Source: Octopus bimaculoides (Eukaryota). From it: DNA of 64,000 nucleotides. The stretch is taken from positions 42,005,408 through 42,069,407 of the forward strand of contig NC_068991.1 of NCBI RefSeq assembly GCF_001194135.2. The letters are read 5' to 3'. The position numbers were made by a program, and so were the translations under genes. Each line of letters opens with the position of its first letter. Positions within the stretch are counted from its first letter, which is position 1. Of the stretch, positions 23,403 through 37,300 are shown piece by piece. The notes below the pieces were generated by a model. The model did no database searches. It worked only from the letters and a program-made list of their open reading frames with translations, and had not been told where the DNA came from.

Positions 23403-24591
23403 CTGGAAAAGAAGAAGATGAAGAAAGAGAAAAATAAGCGTATTCTGGTGAATGGGAAGAGTACATAAAATAATTCCTTGTTTTACCAAAAAATGAATAA
23501 TTGAAATATAAAAACTCTGAATCAAAAATGTAATATTTCTCACAGACATGTGATGTTTGAAACTCTGCCAAACACTGCATGTTAGTCTATACTTGAACAA
23601 GTATCAGTTTAATTTCCTGGCTACTAAATCATATATGGTACTAGTTTGTAGGTACCAATGCCATAGTTAACTCAAATGAGGGCAGAGTGCAAAAAAAATG
23701 GACTAAATGCCTTTCAATAATTAGACTGAGCAATATTCAATGTTTAAATCCCACAGGGGCCAAATTTACATTTCAATTCTCCCGAGACATACTGGAGAAC
23801 TGATACAATTACAGCTATTTATGTTCTGTGTTCAAATCCCACTACAGTCAACTTTGTTTTTCATCCTTTCAGGGGCTGATGAAATAGTCAAGTATTGGGG
23901 TTGACAGTACTGACTAACTGTCTCCCTTCTAGATTTTTTGCCATGTGCCTAAATTAAAAACAGTATTACAGTAGAGTCACATATGATCAAATCAATAAAT
24001 AAGCCAATGGAGTAAAGTTTTATATTTCATTACAGGGGTTCTGTTACACCCCTGATGAAGAAATCAAATAATCGATTGTCCAGTTGACCTAACTGCAACT
24101 AACTACAATGGGGAGTTACAAAAGACCTCAATAGGAAACTGTGTAATTCAAGAACATTTTCATTTTTCCATTTGCAATAATAAATTGAAGTACTCAGATG
24201 GGTCAGGAAAATCAAAAAACAAAAACACACAATGCAATAATATGAAGTATTCATTGAATTATTAAACAATGAGATGAACCAAGGCAAAAGGCTTAGTGGT
24301 TAGGGTATTTGGATCATGATTGTAAGGTTGTGACTTTAATTCCCAGCGATGCATTGTGCCCTTGAACAAGACACTTTATTTCACATTGCTCCACTTCACT
24401 CAACTGACAAAAATATCAAAGGGCCAGCCTTGTCACATTCTGTGTCACGCTGAATCTCCCTGACAACTACATTAAGAGTACACGTGTCTGTGGAGTGCTC
24501 AGCCACTTGCAAATGATACCATCAGTGATGCCATTGTTTACAACTTTGCAAATACGTGTCAATGAGGGAAATATGAAATATTCACACACAT

Positions 24592-24623
<32 letters not shown>

Positions 24624-24814
24624 TGCATGCATGCACTTGTGCACACACATGCACTCACAGGTACCCAACCAATTCCAATGTCTTGTGGGGCTCATTATCA
24701 GCATTACCTTGGCAAGAAAGAAAATACCAAGACCCATCCTTACCTTGTGTCATGCAGAAGGTTGAAAAGTCAAAGATTTATATTCAATCATTGATGTTGT
24801 GATCTCCTGTATCA

Positions 24815-27800
24815 CCATCATCACCATTTAACATTCATTTTCTGGGTTAGATGGTTTGACTGAAGAAGCCAGAAAGCTGCACCAGCTCCAGTCTGTTTTG
24901 GCTTGGTTTCTACAGCTGGATGCTCTTCCTAATGCCAACCAGTCCACAGTATACTGGGTGCCTTTTACGTGTCACCTGCACGGGTGCCTTTTACGTGTCA
25001 CCGGCACGGGTGCTTTTTACGTGTCACTGGCATGGGTGCTTTTTACATGTCACCAGCATGGGTGTCTTATGTGTCACTGGCCTGAGTGCCATACACACAT
25101 CACCTGCACTGACCACAACCATGATTTCACTTAGCATGACGTGTCTTCTTAAGCACAGCAATTCGCCAAATGTCCTGGTCACTTGTCATCACCTCCATGA
25201 GACTCAACATCTGAAGATCATATTTCACCACCTCACCCCATGTCTTCCTTGGTCTACCTCTTCCACAGGTTCCTTTCCCAATTAGAGATAGGGCACTTCT
25301 TTATGCAGCTATCGTCGTCCATATGCATCACATGATCATACCATATATCTGATGCCTATTATACTCAATGTTTCTCTCAAGACACTTTCATTCTGTCATA
25401 TGTGCACACTGACATTACACATCTAGCAGAGCATACTAGCTTCATTTCTTTCACGCCTTCACAGTCCATATTTCACTGCCATGCAACATGGCTGTCCACA
25501 CAAGCATCATACAATCTGCCTTCATTCTGAGGGAGAGTTTCTTTGTAACCAACAAAGGTAGAAGCTCCCTGAACTTTGCCCAGCCCCTTCTTATTCTAAC
25601 AGCTATTCTCTCAGGGCATTCTTCTCCACTTGGTCACTTAGGTAACACAAACTGTCTACTACTAAGCATTCCCCTAGGAATTTGATGAAATCTATTTTCT
25701 GTACATTATTAGTGTTTATTGTATCTGCACATCAGCCACACACAAAGACTACTTTCTCTGTTAACCTTCCATTCATAGTGCTGCAACTTTTATGTGTCTA
25801 TAGCTTGTACTATGTACACCTTATAGTTTCTACCTACACCTTTTCTACATAATGAGCACGGCATCTGCCTGAAGGGATTTGTGATTTGTCTGTTTTTGTA
25901 CTTAATAAGATTTTGATCATTGCTAAATTAACTCTAAGGCCCTTTGATTTTAGACCTTACTTCTACACCTGAAATTTCTTCTTTAGTTCTGGTAATGATT
26001 CAGCTACACAAGATCATCAGCATAGAGGAGATCACAAAAGCAGCCTGTCTTAAAATGATGAACAAAAGGGGGCTGAGAACCGATCCTTGGTGAACTCCTA
26101 CCTGTATGATGGATTCATTGCTATACTCATTGCCAACCTTCACCTTACTAACAGCATCCCTGTACATGGCTTGTACAGCTCCCACCGACCACTCATCGAT
26201 CCCCAGCTTCCACAGTGACCACAAGATAAGTGAGTGAGAGACCCTGTCAGAGGTTTTCTCCATGTCAACAAAAGTCAAATAGAGGTTTATTTTTGCCTAA
26301 ATACTTCTCCTGCAGCTGCTTACCAGGAATATAGCATTTGTAGTGCTTCTCCCTGGCACAAAACCAAACTGCATCTCATCAAGACTAACTCTCTCCCTAA
26401 TTAGTTGGGTTATGGCCCTCTCAGTAACTATCATCACCTGGCCCAGCAGTTTGATATTTCTGTAATTATTTCTGTCTACCTTTGTAGCAGTTAACTATAA
26501 TGCTGCTAGACCAGTTGTTGGGTATGACTCCCTCTTGGACAACCTGATTAACTATACAGATAACTAGACCATATCCCACTCCACCAGATATCTTATGCAT
26601 CTCAGCGGTGATTACTGATGGGTTGGGGGCTTCCCTAGTCTTCATATCCTTCATAACTTTATTTACCAAGATATTGTGTATTCAGATAGCTGGTCTCTCT
26701 GTTGGGTTCACATTAGGCAAACTCTCCTTCTTCCATGCATTCTCTACAATTAGCAGCCTTTCATAGTGGTACTTCCAAACCTCTTTCTTTGCAGAGTCAT
26801 TAACTGCAAGTGAACCATCATCCATGCAAATGCACTTCCCTCCTACATCAGGATTTTTCCTGACACATTGTCTTGCAAACCAAAACACCTCAAGCTGCTG
26901 GTCCCCACATCACAAAACATTGGCAAATTTCTTCCTTTCTGCTTCTATCCTGGCTAAGTACACCCATTTCTTAAATTACCTTCTAGCTACCTAATATAGT
27001 TCTTTACTACCATTTCCTTGCTCTAATGGTCTTGTCAACAACACTGTTCCATCCCCATATCACTCTAGGTCTAGTTGGGACTTTGTACGAGCCACAGCAA
27101 GTTGTCCCATAGGAACTTGTAGTTACCTTCTTCATTACATGTCTGTAAGTCTTCCTCCTCATTAAATGCTTCAGATAGAACAACACTAAATCTCTGTAAG
27201 CTTCCAGATCCTTCTTTACCAGACTGGCCTGCTTCTTGGAATCTTTCTAGCCTGTAGTCTGAAGTCACTAATGGCTAACTTATGCTGAGGGGTACATTTT
27301 TCACTAGGAAAAGCCTTTGCATTTATGAGCAACCATGTACCTAGCTTTCTGGTGAGAATGTAGTCTATATGGCAAGCTTGGCCAACAGACTGATAGGCTA
27401 TCAGGTGGCTGGCAGGTTTTCTGAAGTTGGTGTAGCAGACCATTAGGTTATTTGCATCACAAAACTCCAGAAGCCTTGTTCCCTCCTTATTACAGGAACC
27501 ATCTCCATGGTCACAAAGTACACCATAGAAGATGACCAATAACTGCCCAACATGTCCATTGAAGCCACCAGCCATGAAAAGAAGGTCACAGTCATTTGTC
27601 TTTGAGGTAGTCTGCAAAGAAACATCATAAAAAATTATCCTTCTGTTCATTTAGCAGACCAGTTTGAGGGACATAGGCAGAGATTACTGTTGCTGTACTA
27701 TTTTGCAAAACTAGTTTAAGTTTAAGTACCCTATCATGCACTCCGACTACCTCAATCACCTTATTCACTTATTTCTCAGCTAGGAATATGCCCATGCCAC

Positions 27801-28000
27801 CTATCCCTTCACTGTTGCCTTCTCAGAGGATGTTTTTTGCCTGTGAAGAACCTAGCTGAAGCACCTCTCCACCAAACCACTTGAATGCTACACACATCAA
27901 CATGCCTCCTCCATTCAAGCATCTTAACAATCTCACCAGACTTATCTTTCAATGTACCTATACTGATGGTATAAAGATGTGAAAGGGAAGGCAAGAGGGA
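24815..28000 (-). mobile_element. Decayed RTE-clade LINE (endonuclease-RT-3' UTR)
   Basis: APE motifs GGFNGHVG, HIDYIL, QHKLAISDF; RT motifs FVDMEKTSDRV, GVHQGSVLSPLLF; tandem 3' UTR repeats ~24955-25075. Confidence 0.9.
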
Positions 28001-28452
28001 ACAAGGAGAAGGAGGACAGCATGTGACATCTCAAAAGAAGGTTTCAATGAGTGTTTACCAGTTAACATGAAATAGTCATTGTCCCCACATTTAATATCAT
28101 CATCCATTCATGTTACACTTGCTGCATCTACTGAAAGTGAGTGCTATATGAACATTATTAATACAAAGATAAATAAAAATAGTTGAGCACTATACATGCA
28201 TTGTTAATACAAAGAGAAATTAATTGATAAGAACTTTTCATCAACAACATTTTAGTGCAAGGTATACAAAGGATGCCATGTGTCTTGCAGTAATGCGGAT
28301 GAGAGACCCTGAGGAGGGAGGAAGGGTAGAAGGATACATGAAGAAGAGGATGAAGAAAGAGGGAAGAAGAGATACCAAGAGAGGTTTCCAGTAGATAAGA
28401 GAGGTTTCCAGTATAGGTGTGGGGCAGGAAAGGGTCTGTGCATCATATGTAA

Positions 28453-29181
28453 GGAAACAACTGAACAAGATATGCTCATTTCTAGAGCAGGAACAAGATA
28501 AGATATTCACATAGATACATTAATGATGAAATGAGAAGACAAGGTAAAACAGAGTATTAGAGGCAAAACTACAATTATGGTGAATTAAGTTAAATTAAAC
28601 ATGGACTAATATAAACAAGGCAGAAATGCAAATAGCATGAATTATACATCAACTAAAAGCAAAGACAACAAATCAAAAAAAACAACTTATTTTATATTTT
28701 TGTTGCATCAGAGGTGTGTAGTATCCAAAGAAATTATTTGAGAGATAATGCAATGGCCAAAGTGTTTATTTATAATAGCAGCAACAGGAAGAAGAGGTTA
28801 GTAGCTAGACAATATTGGGGGAAGAATACAAAACCATCTCTCTGATGTCATTATGAAGAAGCAACTGAATGAAATATGCTCATATCTAGAGCAGGGCCAT
28901 TAATGGAGAGAGAAGGGAGATGAGATAAGATATTTATATAGATACATTAATGATGAAAAGAGGAGACAAGGTAAAACAGGATATTAAGAGGTAAAAACTA
29001 TGATTATGGTAAATTAAATTAAATAAAAGACAGATTAAGGAAACAACTGAACAAGATATGCTCATTTCCAGAGCAGGAACGAGATAAGATATTCACATAG
29101 ATATGTTATTAATGAAATGAGTTGACAGGGTATTAGAGGCAAAACTACGATTATGGTGAATTAAGTTAAATTAGACATGGG
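28453..29181 (+). repeat. Three diverged ~150-170-bp direct repeats
   Basis: aacaactgaacaagatatgctcattt...ggcaaaactacaattatggtgaattaagttaaatta at ~28453, ~28859 and ~29040. Confidence 0.8.
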
Positions 29182-29819
29182 TTAGTATGAACAGGGTTAG
29201 GGTTAGCAGATATGGATGATGTATCAAAGATCTGGACATATTTTTAGAATTACGCAGTGCAAACTGAAAGATTTTAGCTCCTGTGAAGGAAATAATAATC
29301 TTGCAGTAAGATTAAGAGTTCAGAAGTAGTAAAGTTTAGCAATATATATCAAACAGGTTTAGGCTGGAATTTTTCCATTAAGACATGAGAATGGTAATGT
29401 TAGTCATCCACAGAGAAAATTATTTATCATAGACCTGTTGGACTTCCATATAGTTCTCTATTGAAAGAAACTCTTTTTCAGAAGCAGTGAAGCAAATAAT
29501 AACAGAGAAAAAAATAAGTAGAGATAAAGAGAGAGGCGAGACAAAGAAGAAAGGAGAAAGGAAGAGAAAGAGAGAGTAGCAGAGTGGTAAAGTAACAAGA
29601 AATAAACAAGTGATTTTTGTAGTCTAAAGAGTTCAGATCAATTTCTTCTCTCAAAAAAGAATTAAACAAAAATTATACATTAATCAAATGGCAAAGTCCT
29701 TCAGCTATTGAAATATTTGCTTCAACAACTTCCCAAACTCATGCACGTCATACTAAAAATAAATTAAATGCAGAAAAAACTGAGGAAAAGAGGCAGAAAC
29801 AACAAAAAAAAGTACAAAC

Positions 29820-29856
29820 CATGTATAAAAGTTTTTTCATATTCAGGGTAAATAAT
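29820..29856 (-). CDS. ABCD4: ABCD4-like micro-exon (37 bp)
   Basis: aattgcag|ATT ATT TAC CCT GAA...CAT G|gtttgt; IIYPEYEKTFIH(D) supplies the conserved (V/I)IYP motif and the phase 0-to-1 needed to join the flanking exons. Confidence 0.88.
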
Positions 29857-32800
29857 CTGCAATTGAAGCATAACTCTGTTGTAAAAGACATTAAAATAAG
29901 GTATTTAGTATAATTAAATTGATGTTATTGTTATACTTGGGGATGGTCATATCTTGCCAATTAAACACACATTATATATTTGGTCTTCACTTCAGCTTTA
30001 TTTTTATTATCTTAGTGTCTTTGTCAAAGCTCTTTCATCACATATCCTGTGACCTCTTTATCCCACGTGTCTCCTCTTGTACAGCTTAGTACTTTTCTTT
30101 TCTTTTTTACATAAATTGATGTTCTGTACTACAAATCCACTATATTACTTTGACCACAGTAAAATTTTCACTTTTTGTCCATGTTACCGATATACCAACA
30201 CAGCATGAAAAATCAAAATCTTCAGAATACAAAAATAAATTTCTATGCTTAATAGACACACACCCTCATGATGTAAAAAATGAAACATAAAGTATTACCC
30301 CTATAGTCTTGACATTAACATAGTTTTTACAATGCGACTGCATCTTCAGATTTGATAGTTTTTGTCAGAGTTCATTTAACATCACCCATCATTTTATTAA
30401 GTGCAAAGCAACAGAGTCAGTTTACATATTGGTAAGATAATCTGCATATCCTACTACTTGTACTTGCAGTGGCATTCACCTGGGGTGGGTTGAGCCAGCT
30501 CCAACCAACAAGTTTACAATGTCCCTCATGAATGCTGACCAAATCTGATGAATTTGACAAATGCCCCACTGAGAGAGAAAGAGCATTGGATAGCTTGGAC
30601 ACAGTAGCCATGGTTGTCATTCACTGTTGAGGTATGAATACGAATTTGCATATTGGTGTTAGTCTGAAAGCTGTGTATTGGTAAACTATAACATCAACCA
30701 CTAAGAGCAGCAGCATCAATGGTGTCATTAACCCAAAACACAAGCCTCTGTGCCTCCGAGGTGGCTGTTCTTGTACGTCTATCATCCGAGCACCTCTGAC
30801 TCACCCATTTCTTCACCTTTCATCACTCTTTATACATCCATCTCGACTTCCTTTGCATAAGTCACTATCATTCTTCCTCAGGACTTGGCACCCTTTGGAA
30901 TGTCCCTGTTCATGTATTCTCTACAGGTATTGACCTGAAACAGTTTAAACGGAGTATTAACAGCATCTATTCTCACCAGTCTCAGAGGACTGCAAGGGTC
31001 ATGGGCACTGCACCTTCCTCCAGATTGAGAAAGTAAAATAAAAAAAATAGGTGTGGCTATGTGGTAAGAAGCTTGCTTCTCAACCACATGGTTCCAAGTT
31101 CAGTCCCACTGCATGACATCTTGGGCAAGTGAATTTATGCATTAAATTTGCATTTATGTGACATAAGCATAATTTCATCAGAGAAAAAGATGTACCTTGA
31201 GATGTTATATGTGGACCTATCAGTTCATTTCAGGAGACAATACTAGGTATTGAACCAGTATTTCCTTGGATGCAACCATGCGTTTACGAGGTTAACATAT
31301 CCTCTAACTAAATATATTTATGTGTGTGTGTCTTTGTGTTTGTGCTTGTCCACGCTTGACAACTGATATTGGTAAGTTTATGTCCTGTAACTTAGCAGTT
31401 CAGTTAAAGAGACCAATAAAATAAGTACTAGGCTAACTAAGAATAAGTCCTGGAGTTGATTTGTTGAACTAAAATTCCTTTAAGGCAGTGCTCCAGCATG
31501 GCCACAGTTAAAAGATTGAAACAAGTAAAAAAGTAAATAAAATAGAAAAAAAACATTTCAAAAAGGTATGGAGGAGCAGCAGCTATCACGTTTGGATCAA
31601 TAACCCCACCTTGCCTGCCTCTGTTGTTGACACTCCAGAATCTAGATGGACCAATAATGGAACTGGAGCCAATGAGAGATTTCCAATACATTTGCTCAAG
31701 AATAAAAGTGACACATTGGACAGTTTAATATTTGATATACCATGACAAGATGTTCATTGCTATAGCATTTTTGATAATAGTTCTCTACACCAAAAACAAT
31801 TAACCATACTGCATGTCAGAATGTGCAATCTGGTCCTTATCAAGGGTATATCCAGAGCTATGAATCTGTGGATTGCACCTCTACAGACTTAGGACTACAC
31901 AGTAACAACAAACCTTTTCTTTTATCTTTCCTATTCCCTAAGTTATAGAAATGCAATCTTTCTGATATTGTGAATTCCACTACATACTACCCATTACCAT
32001 TCACAACTCCTGCCACCCCAAAGCTGCCCACTGTCTCTTGTAAGTGCTGATTTGTAGCACTCAATTTTACCATTTCAATCAACAAAAACTAACTTTGCAA
32101 AATATACATTCCAGTTTGCAATTGTTTTTCTGACAATGCAATCCTTACAGCATCTCTGTGTAGCAACACATCCTCACTAAGATATACTACATAGTTGTAT
32201 TATGAGGGCACTAACTTAGTACCCCTGTAACATAAATAGGCAGCCAACATGATTGATGCAGTAAATTAAATGATTCTAATAAAACTCTCATTACAGCAGC
32301 CACCACACAATAATCAGTGGTACAAACAATCCACTCATATAATTCATACAATAGCTCTTTAAGTATGACAAGTGATGACATTTATGCACTCTTAAACCCG
32401 ACATTTCTTTTTGCATCTCTCTCTCTCCTGTTCAAAACTTCTCACTTTCTTCTCAAACAAGTAAAACCACATCTCCTATAGCTGCAGCTAAGGCAGCTTA
32501 CAATTACTCTGCTCTTGCATGAATCAAATGAGTCACTAAAATGGTCTGAGAAGATTCCAGGTCTAAGGAAAGAACTTCTGAAACCAACTTGGCATGCACT
32601 TGTTTCTATGATAAACAGAGTCATGCCTTGAAACTATCTAAATTAAAACCATCCATCCAAATTTTGTGTTAATCTATGTTCCAAATGTCAGCTCAATAAT
32701 GACAAAGTTATTTTACAGAATTCTTCTTAATTTTAAAAATTAATTGAAATAAAGGTAGTAAGTGACAAAAATATGACAGCAAAAGTGCTAGCATACACAA

Positions 32801-33259
32801 TAATCACAAACAGACCATTTTGTTCTCAGCAAATCTACATGGATTGGAGGAAGCTGATAAGCAAGGAATTAAACTCTTCTGTTGATATGGTTGGTAAAAA
32901 AAAACATTCAACCCATTTCCATCACAGAAGTTGATAAGAAAGACAGGTGCTTAGCCATAAAAACACATGGCCCCCAAATCTTATGGAAAGCAATGTGTTG
33001 TATCTGTTTTTCTAGAACAATGTAATATTCTAAGACAGACAAATGAATTTCAACATGTTCAGTTAGAGGTATCTTGGAAATGATATATGTAGAGAAATAA
33101 GATATTAGGAGAATAAACATGTAAAGAACATAGAAAGTAATGAAGAAAAATAAATAACCAAATTATTCCAAAGAAATTTTCAAAAATGTTTTTCAAGCAG
33201 GCAAACAAATGCAACAAGATGCTTTGACAATCAAGAATTATTGCCATGCAAAAACTTAC

Positions 33260-33351
33260 TTGTTGTAATAAACTCCCATTGGTAAGATATGGTTTTTGTG
33301 GCAAGAACATAATTCCATCAGAACCAAGGTAATGGGGACAACTGATAGTTC
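33260..33351 (-). CDS. ABCD4: ABCD4-like exon (92 bp), Q-loop
   Basis: tgtttcag|GA ACT ATC...CAA CAA|gtaagt; (G)TISCPHYLGSDGIMFLPQKPYLTNGSLLQQ. Confidence 0.93.
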
Positions 33352-33569
33352 CTGAAACAATGAAAAGCAGTTAAGAGTATAAAGACTTTTAACAACTTGA
33401 TTTATTTGAGTAATTATGCAATCACAAAGCATGAGTTAAATTTGTTTCCAATACAATTTTATAACATGTTATTTATCACATAGACTAAAATATGAAAAGT
33501 AAATTGGCCAACCTCACAACAGCACTTCAAGTGGTGTTGTTCTTGTAGTGGTTGCTGGTTTTATAATAT

Positions 33570-34140
33570 TGTTGATTCTTCCAGGCACTACTGAAGACCT
33601 GGTCTTCAAGGAGGGATAGTTCTTATAGGAAAATCTGCAGTAGAATCAGAAGAAATTCTAGATATGGTAGCAAAATCTAGAATCAACAGGCAACAAAGTA
33701 AACTTATCAAAGGCAAAAGTATTAGTAAGCAGAAAGAAGATAAGACCCTACTCCAACAGGAAAACGTCTGCATTTGATATGCAGAATAGGAGTTAAGTAG
33801 AGTTACATTTGTTGTACCCAGTGTAAACTATAGTCACACAAGAGGTGTGGAGGGATCTCAGGAAGGCTAACACTGAAGGTAGATTATATGAGGCAGATGT
33901 TTAGAAGCAGTAAACACTAGATTCGTTCAGGTTTTCACAGCTCCCAATAACTAATTGAAAGCTTCTGATATCTAGCATTAGAAATGGGTGCTTTAAATGA
34001 ATAGTAGTCAGCATATAAAAGCAAGCTATGAGCTATTATCTCTGCTGTAACAAAGTAAAGATGAGATTATATGATGCCTGTGTACAAAGTATGATATTGC
34101 ATAGAAGTGAGATGTATACACTGAATGCAAAGGATTTCCT
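33570..34140 (+). mobile_element. Highly decayed RTE LINE fragment
   Basis: YDACVQSMILHRSEMYTLNAKD resembles the YDACIRTAMLHGSETW motif of the RTE copy at 57.5 kb. Confidence 0.6.
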
Positions 34141-34840
34141 TGCATTCTTCAGTTCTACATGAAATCTTGAATGTTGTCACTGCTTACATTTTGCACTGTG
34201 GATAGACCACTGTCCATCCTACTGCAGTAAACTGTCCACTTTGCAAGGTGAATTTACACATTAGAAGATAAGTGTCACAACTGAGGATAAAATGGCTGTT
34301 GTTGTGAGAGGGCACTAATCACTGACACTCAATCATTGGCTGTTTGCTACTCTCTCACCACAGTCATCTATAATCACACTACCATGCAAGTGATATACAA
34401 TCATTAAATCTTTTGTTGATAACAGAGGCCACAGTATATTTTACTACTTTGTCCTTAATCTAACTGCTATGCATTTAGTACAACATCCTGTAATGATGAT
34501 TAGGTCACCTTGGTAACAAAAGCAATCAATTAATTCTCACAAAAATTCTAGGCAGATGAAAACCTTCATTCCTTTAGTATTATTATTGCTACAAGGATAC
34601 TATTACTTCTAATTACTCTTTTTGTATCAGTTACATATGAAATCGATCTTCTCTATCAACTTGCTTGGGATCCCACCATATCTTTTGTGGATCTATAATT
34701 CCTACCTAGTCTCTTTTCAGATATTGCATATGACCATCTCAGGGAGGGCAGTAGAGTCCTGCTTACTTGCCTGCTAATTAAATTTGTCTTTGCTAAGTTG
34801 ACCTATGTGCTTCTCAGTTGTGTAAGCATATATACATATA

Positions 34841-34919
<79 letters not shown>

Positions 34920-34921
<2 letters not shown>

Positions 34922-35140
34922 CATCATCATCATCATCGTTTAACGTCCGCTTTCCATGCTAGCATGGGTTGGACGATTTGACTGAGTACTGGTGAAACCA
35001 GATGGCTACACCAGGCTCCAATCTGATTTGGCAGAGTTTCTACAGCTGGATGCCCTTCCTAACGCCAACCACTCACAGAGTGTAGTGGGTGCTTTTACGT
35101 GTCACCCGCGCCAACATACAAAACGGACATTAAATGATGA
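34920..35140 (-). mobile_element. RTE LINE 3' end
   Basis: (cat)n cgtttaacgtccgctttccatgctagcatgggttggacg...ctggatgcccttcctaacgccaacc. Confidence 0.75.
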
Positions 35141-35152
35141 TGTTGATGTTGT

Positions 35153-35190
<38 letters not shown>

Positions 35191-35197
35191 ATGTATA

Positions 35198-37300
35198 CAC
35201 AAGAATCCCTCACAATACAAGTGTAATGCATTCCTAAAAATCTTGTAATACGAAATCTCATACTATAAAATCTATTTCCTATTGACTTTCATGTTACAAA
35301 ATGAGATGTAATTCAATGGAATTTTTCTGAAAAAATAACAACAAAAAAAGCAACATAATTACTTTTATGCATGCAAATAACAATTTCTAAACGAATACAT
35401 AGTACAACATTTATACATAAAAAAACTTGATGAGAAATAAGTTAGCGAATAAATAAGAATCATAACACCATAAAAAGGTACATTCTTATCACTAAAGATG
35501 TTGACCATTGTGGGAGAAGCAGTTGAGAAAGGAGATTTACTAAGAGGATGATAGACACTGTCTTCTATCTTATAATTCATCATCATCAACATTTATTTGA
35601 GGGATGAAGAAATCATCCAAAATTGTTTGATGTTTATGGCACATCATCTCTTAATACATCACAGTGTGGAAACTGAACTCATTGTAAACTCACCTTGAAA
35701 TTTTTACATTACATTCACACTTAGGGTTATTATCAGCAAAAAAATTGCAGGCCTTCTAGAAATGCCAAACTTTTTGCAATATTCTTTGCAGTCAATTTAA
35801 GTGAACTTGGTAGAAGTTCCATATTTTCATTTGTATTCCCAGTTTGTTCTTGTACAAATACCATCAACTCCTCAATAGCTAAACTTTTTCTATGGGACAC
35901 TAGTAACACATCGTCCTCTAAAACTTCTTCAAATCCTATATCATTTGAAAGCATTACAATATCTCTCCAAAACTATTGTAGACTTTATACTTGTGGAAAG
36001 CTTGTAATTTCACGGATATAGCCAAGTCACATATTTTTTCAGGCACCATTCAAGTTGAGGGCATCACTTCATCTGTTGACTCAGTTATGTTATCCACAGC
36101 AATGATTATGTTGAATTTTTTCCAGAAGTCTCAAACTGTTGGTTTATCTTCCTATGAAATGCTTTCGTAAGTTGTTTGAAAGTTCTTCTGAGATAATATA
36201 TCTTGAAGTGAGCCGTCATACCTTGATCCATTGACTAGAGCAGTGGTCCCCAAACCGTGTGCTGCGGCACACTGGTGCACCATAAGATGTAATAAGGTAT
36301 GCCTCGTAAAAGTAAGATTATATTTCAAAATATGAAAAATACAAACTGAAATTCACTATAAAGTTCATATATAAATGTCAAAGAGGCAAAAAACTAAATA
36401 CTAAGTTCTAAACTAAGAATGAGAGGTAGTTGTGTCATTCAATTATATGACAATGACAGTGTTATTCAATTTTGAATCTGAAATTTCATAAGAATAAGAA
36501 CTAAATTAGCATCAATCTATCCTTAAAATTGACGTCTTATGGACACATTTAGTGCATAACTATGTTTCAGTTTATTTCGGTTGTAGCCTCAGCAGTTTTC
36601 ATTTCATTAATAAGTGTGAAAAATAAACTATTGAACTAAAATATACAAATGTTGAACTAAATCTTTTAATATGTCCTCACATATTGCAGCTGTATTTCAA
36701 TTTTTTTCATTCATATAGTGACAAGAATTTTCATCTTTTCAATTAATTTTGAAAGACTTCTCAAAAGAATCTGATAATATGTGACACACTGTCACTTTTC
36801 ACAGCTCACTGGTCACTTGTCTCAGTTTGACTCTGTTAGTGATCTGTGCAAGACAATTCATATTAACAGACTAAATTACCCACAAAATGGAAAAGTTTAT
36901 TGAGAGGAAACATAACCGTGATGATTATATATTTACTCTGGTGTGTAGACCCCTTCAGCAATTGTTTTCTTCAGCTGTTTAGGATGATCAGAAGCAGCTT
37001 CTGAATCAGCACCTTCATCAGACACTTTTTATGGTGTAAAAATTCAAGCACTTCTTAATCCTTTCAAATCAGCATTATCGATGCTTCAGCTTCCTTTTTC
37101 AGCAAATCATCAAACAAACTTTTATCTTGATTTTGATTTACCACTGTCGAGTCAGATCTTCAATCCATACATCCGACAGCTATTCCATTTTAAGCTTCAC
37201 ACATAATCTTTGAGGTCAAAGCAGTTCATGGAGTAGCTTCTTGAGCACTTGACTAATTTTCTCTTGATTGTCCTATATTTTTCTCACTGTAGATGTTGCA
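35198..37300 (-). mobile_element. Tigger/pogo transposase remnant, interrupted and internally deleted
   Basis: ATSTVRKI..QEATP (HTH, ~37250), KTIAEGVYTPE*IYN (~36925-36965), MDQGMTAHFKIYYLRRTF (~36170-36232), FWKKFNI, GFEEVLEDDV. Confidence 0.8.
36241..36917 (+). mobile_element. hAT/Charlie-like element 5' end, truncated
   Basis: Begins CAGTGGTCCCCAAAC right after GACTAGAG (Charlie-type target); possible transposase start ATGGAAAAGTTT (MEKFIERKH) at 36887. Confidence 0.6.

Noticed and set aside
24031-24070. Small hairpin caggggt...acccctg followed by ctgatgaagaaa
   Set aside because: Lacks stem II and stem III geometry of a hammerhead.
28453-29181. Spaced repeats as a CRISPR-like array
   Set aside because: Units are too long and diverged, spacing is irregular, and the context is an animal intron.
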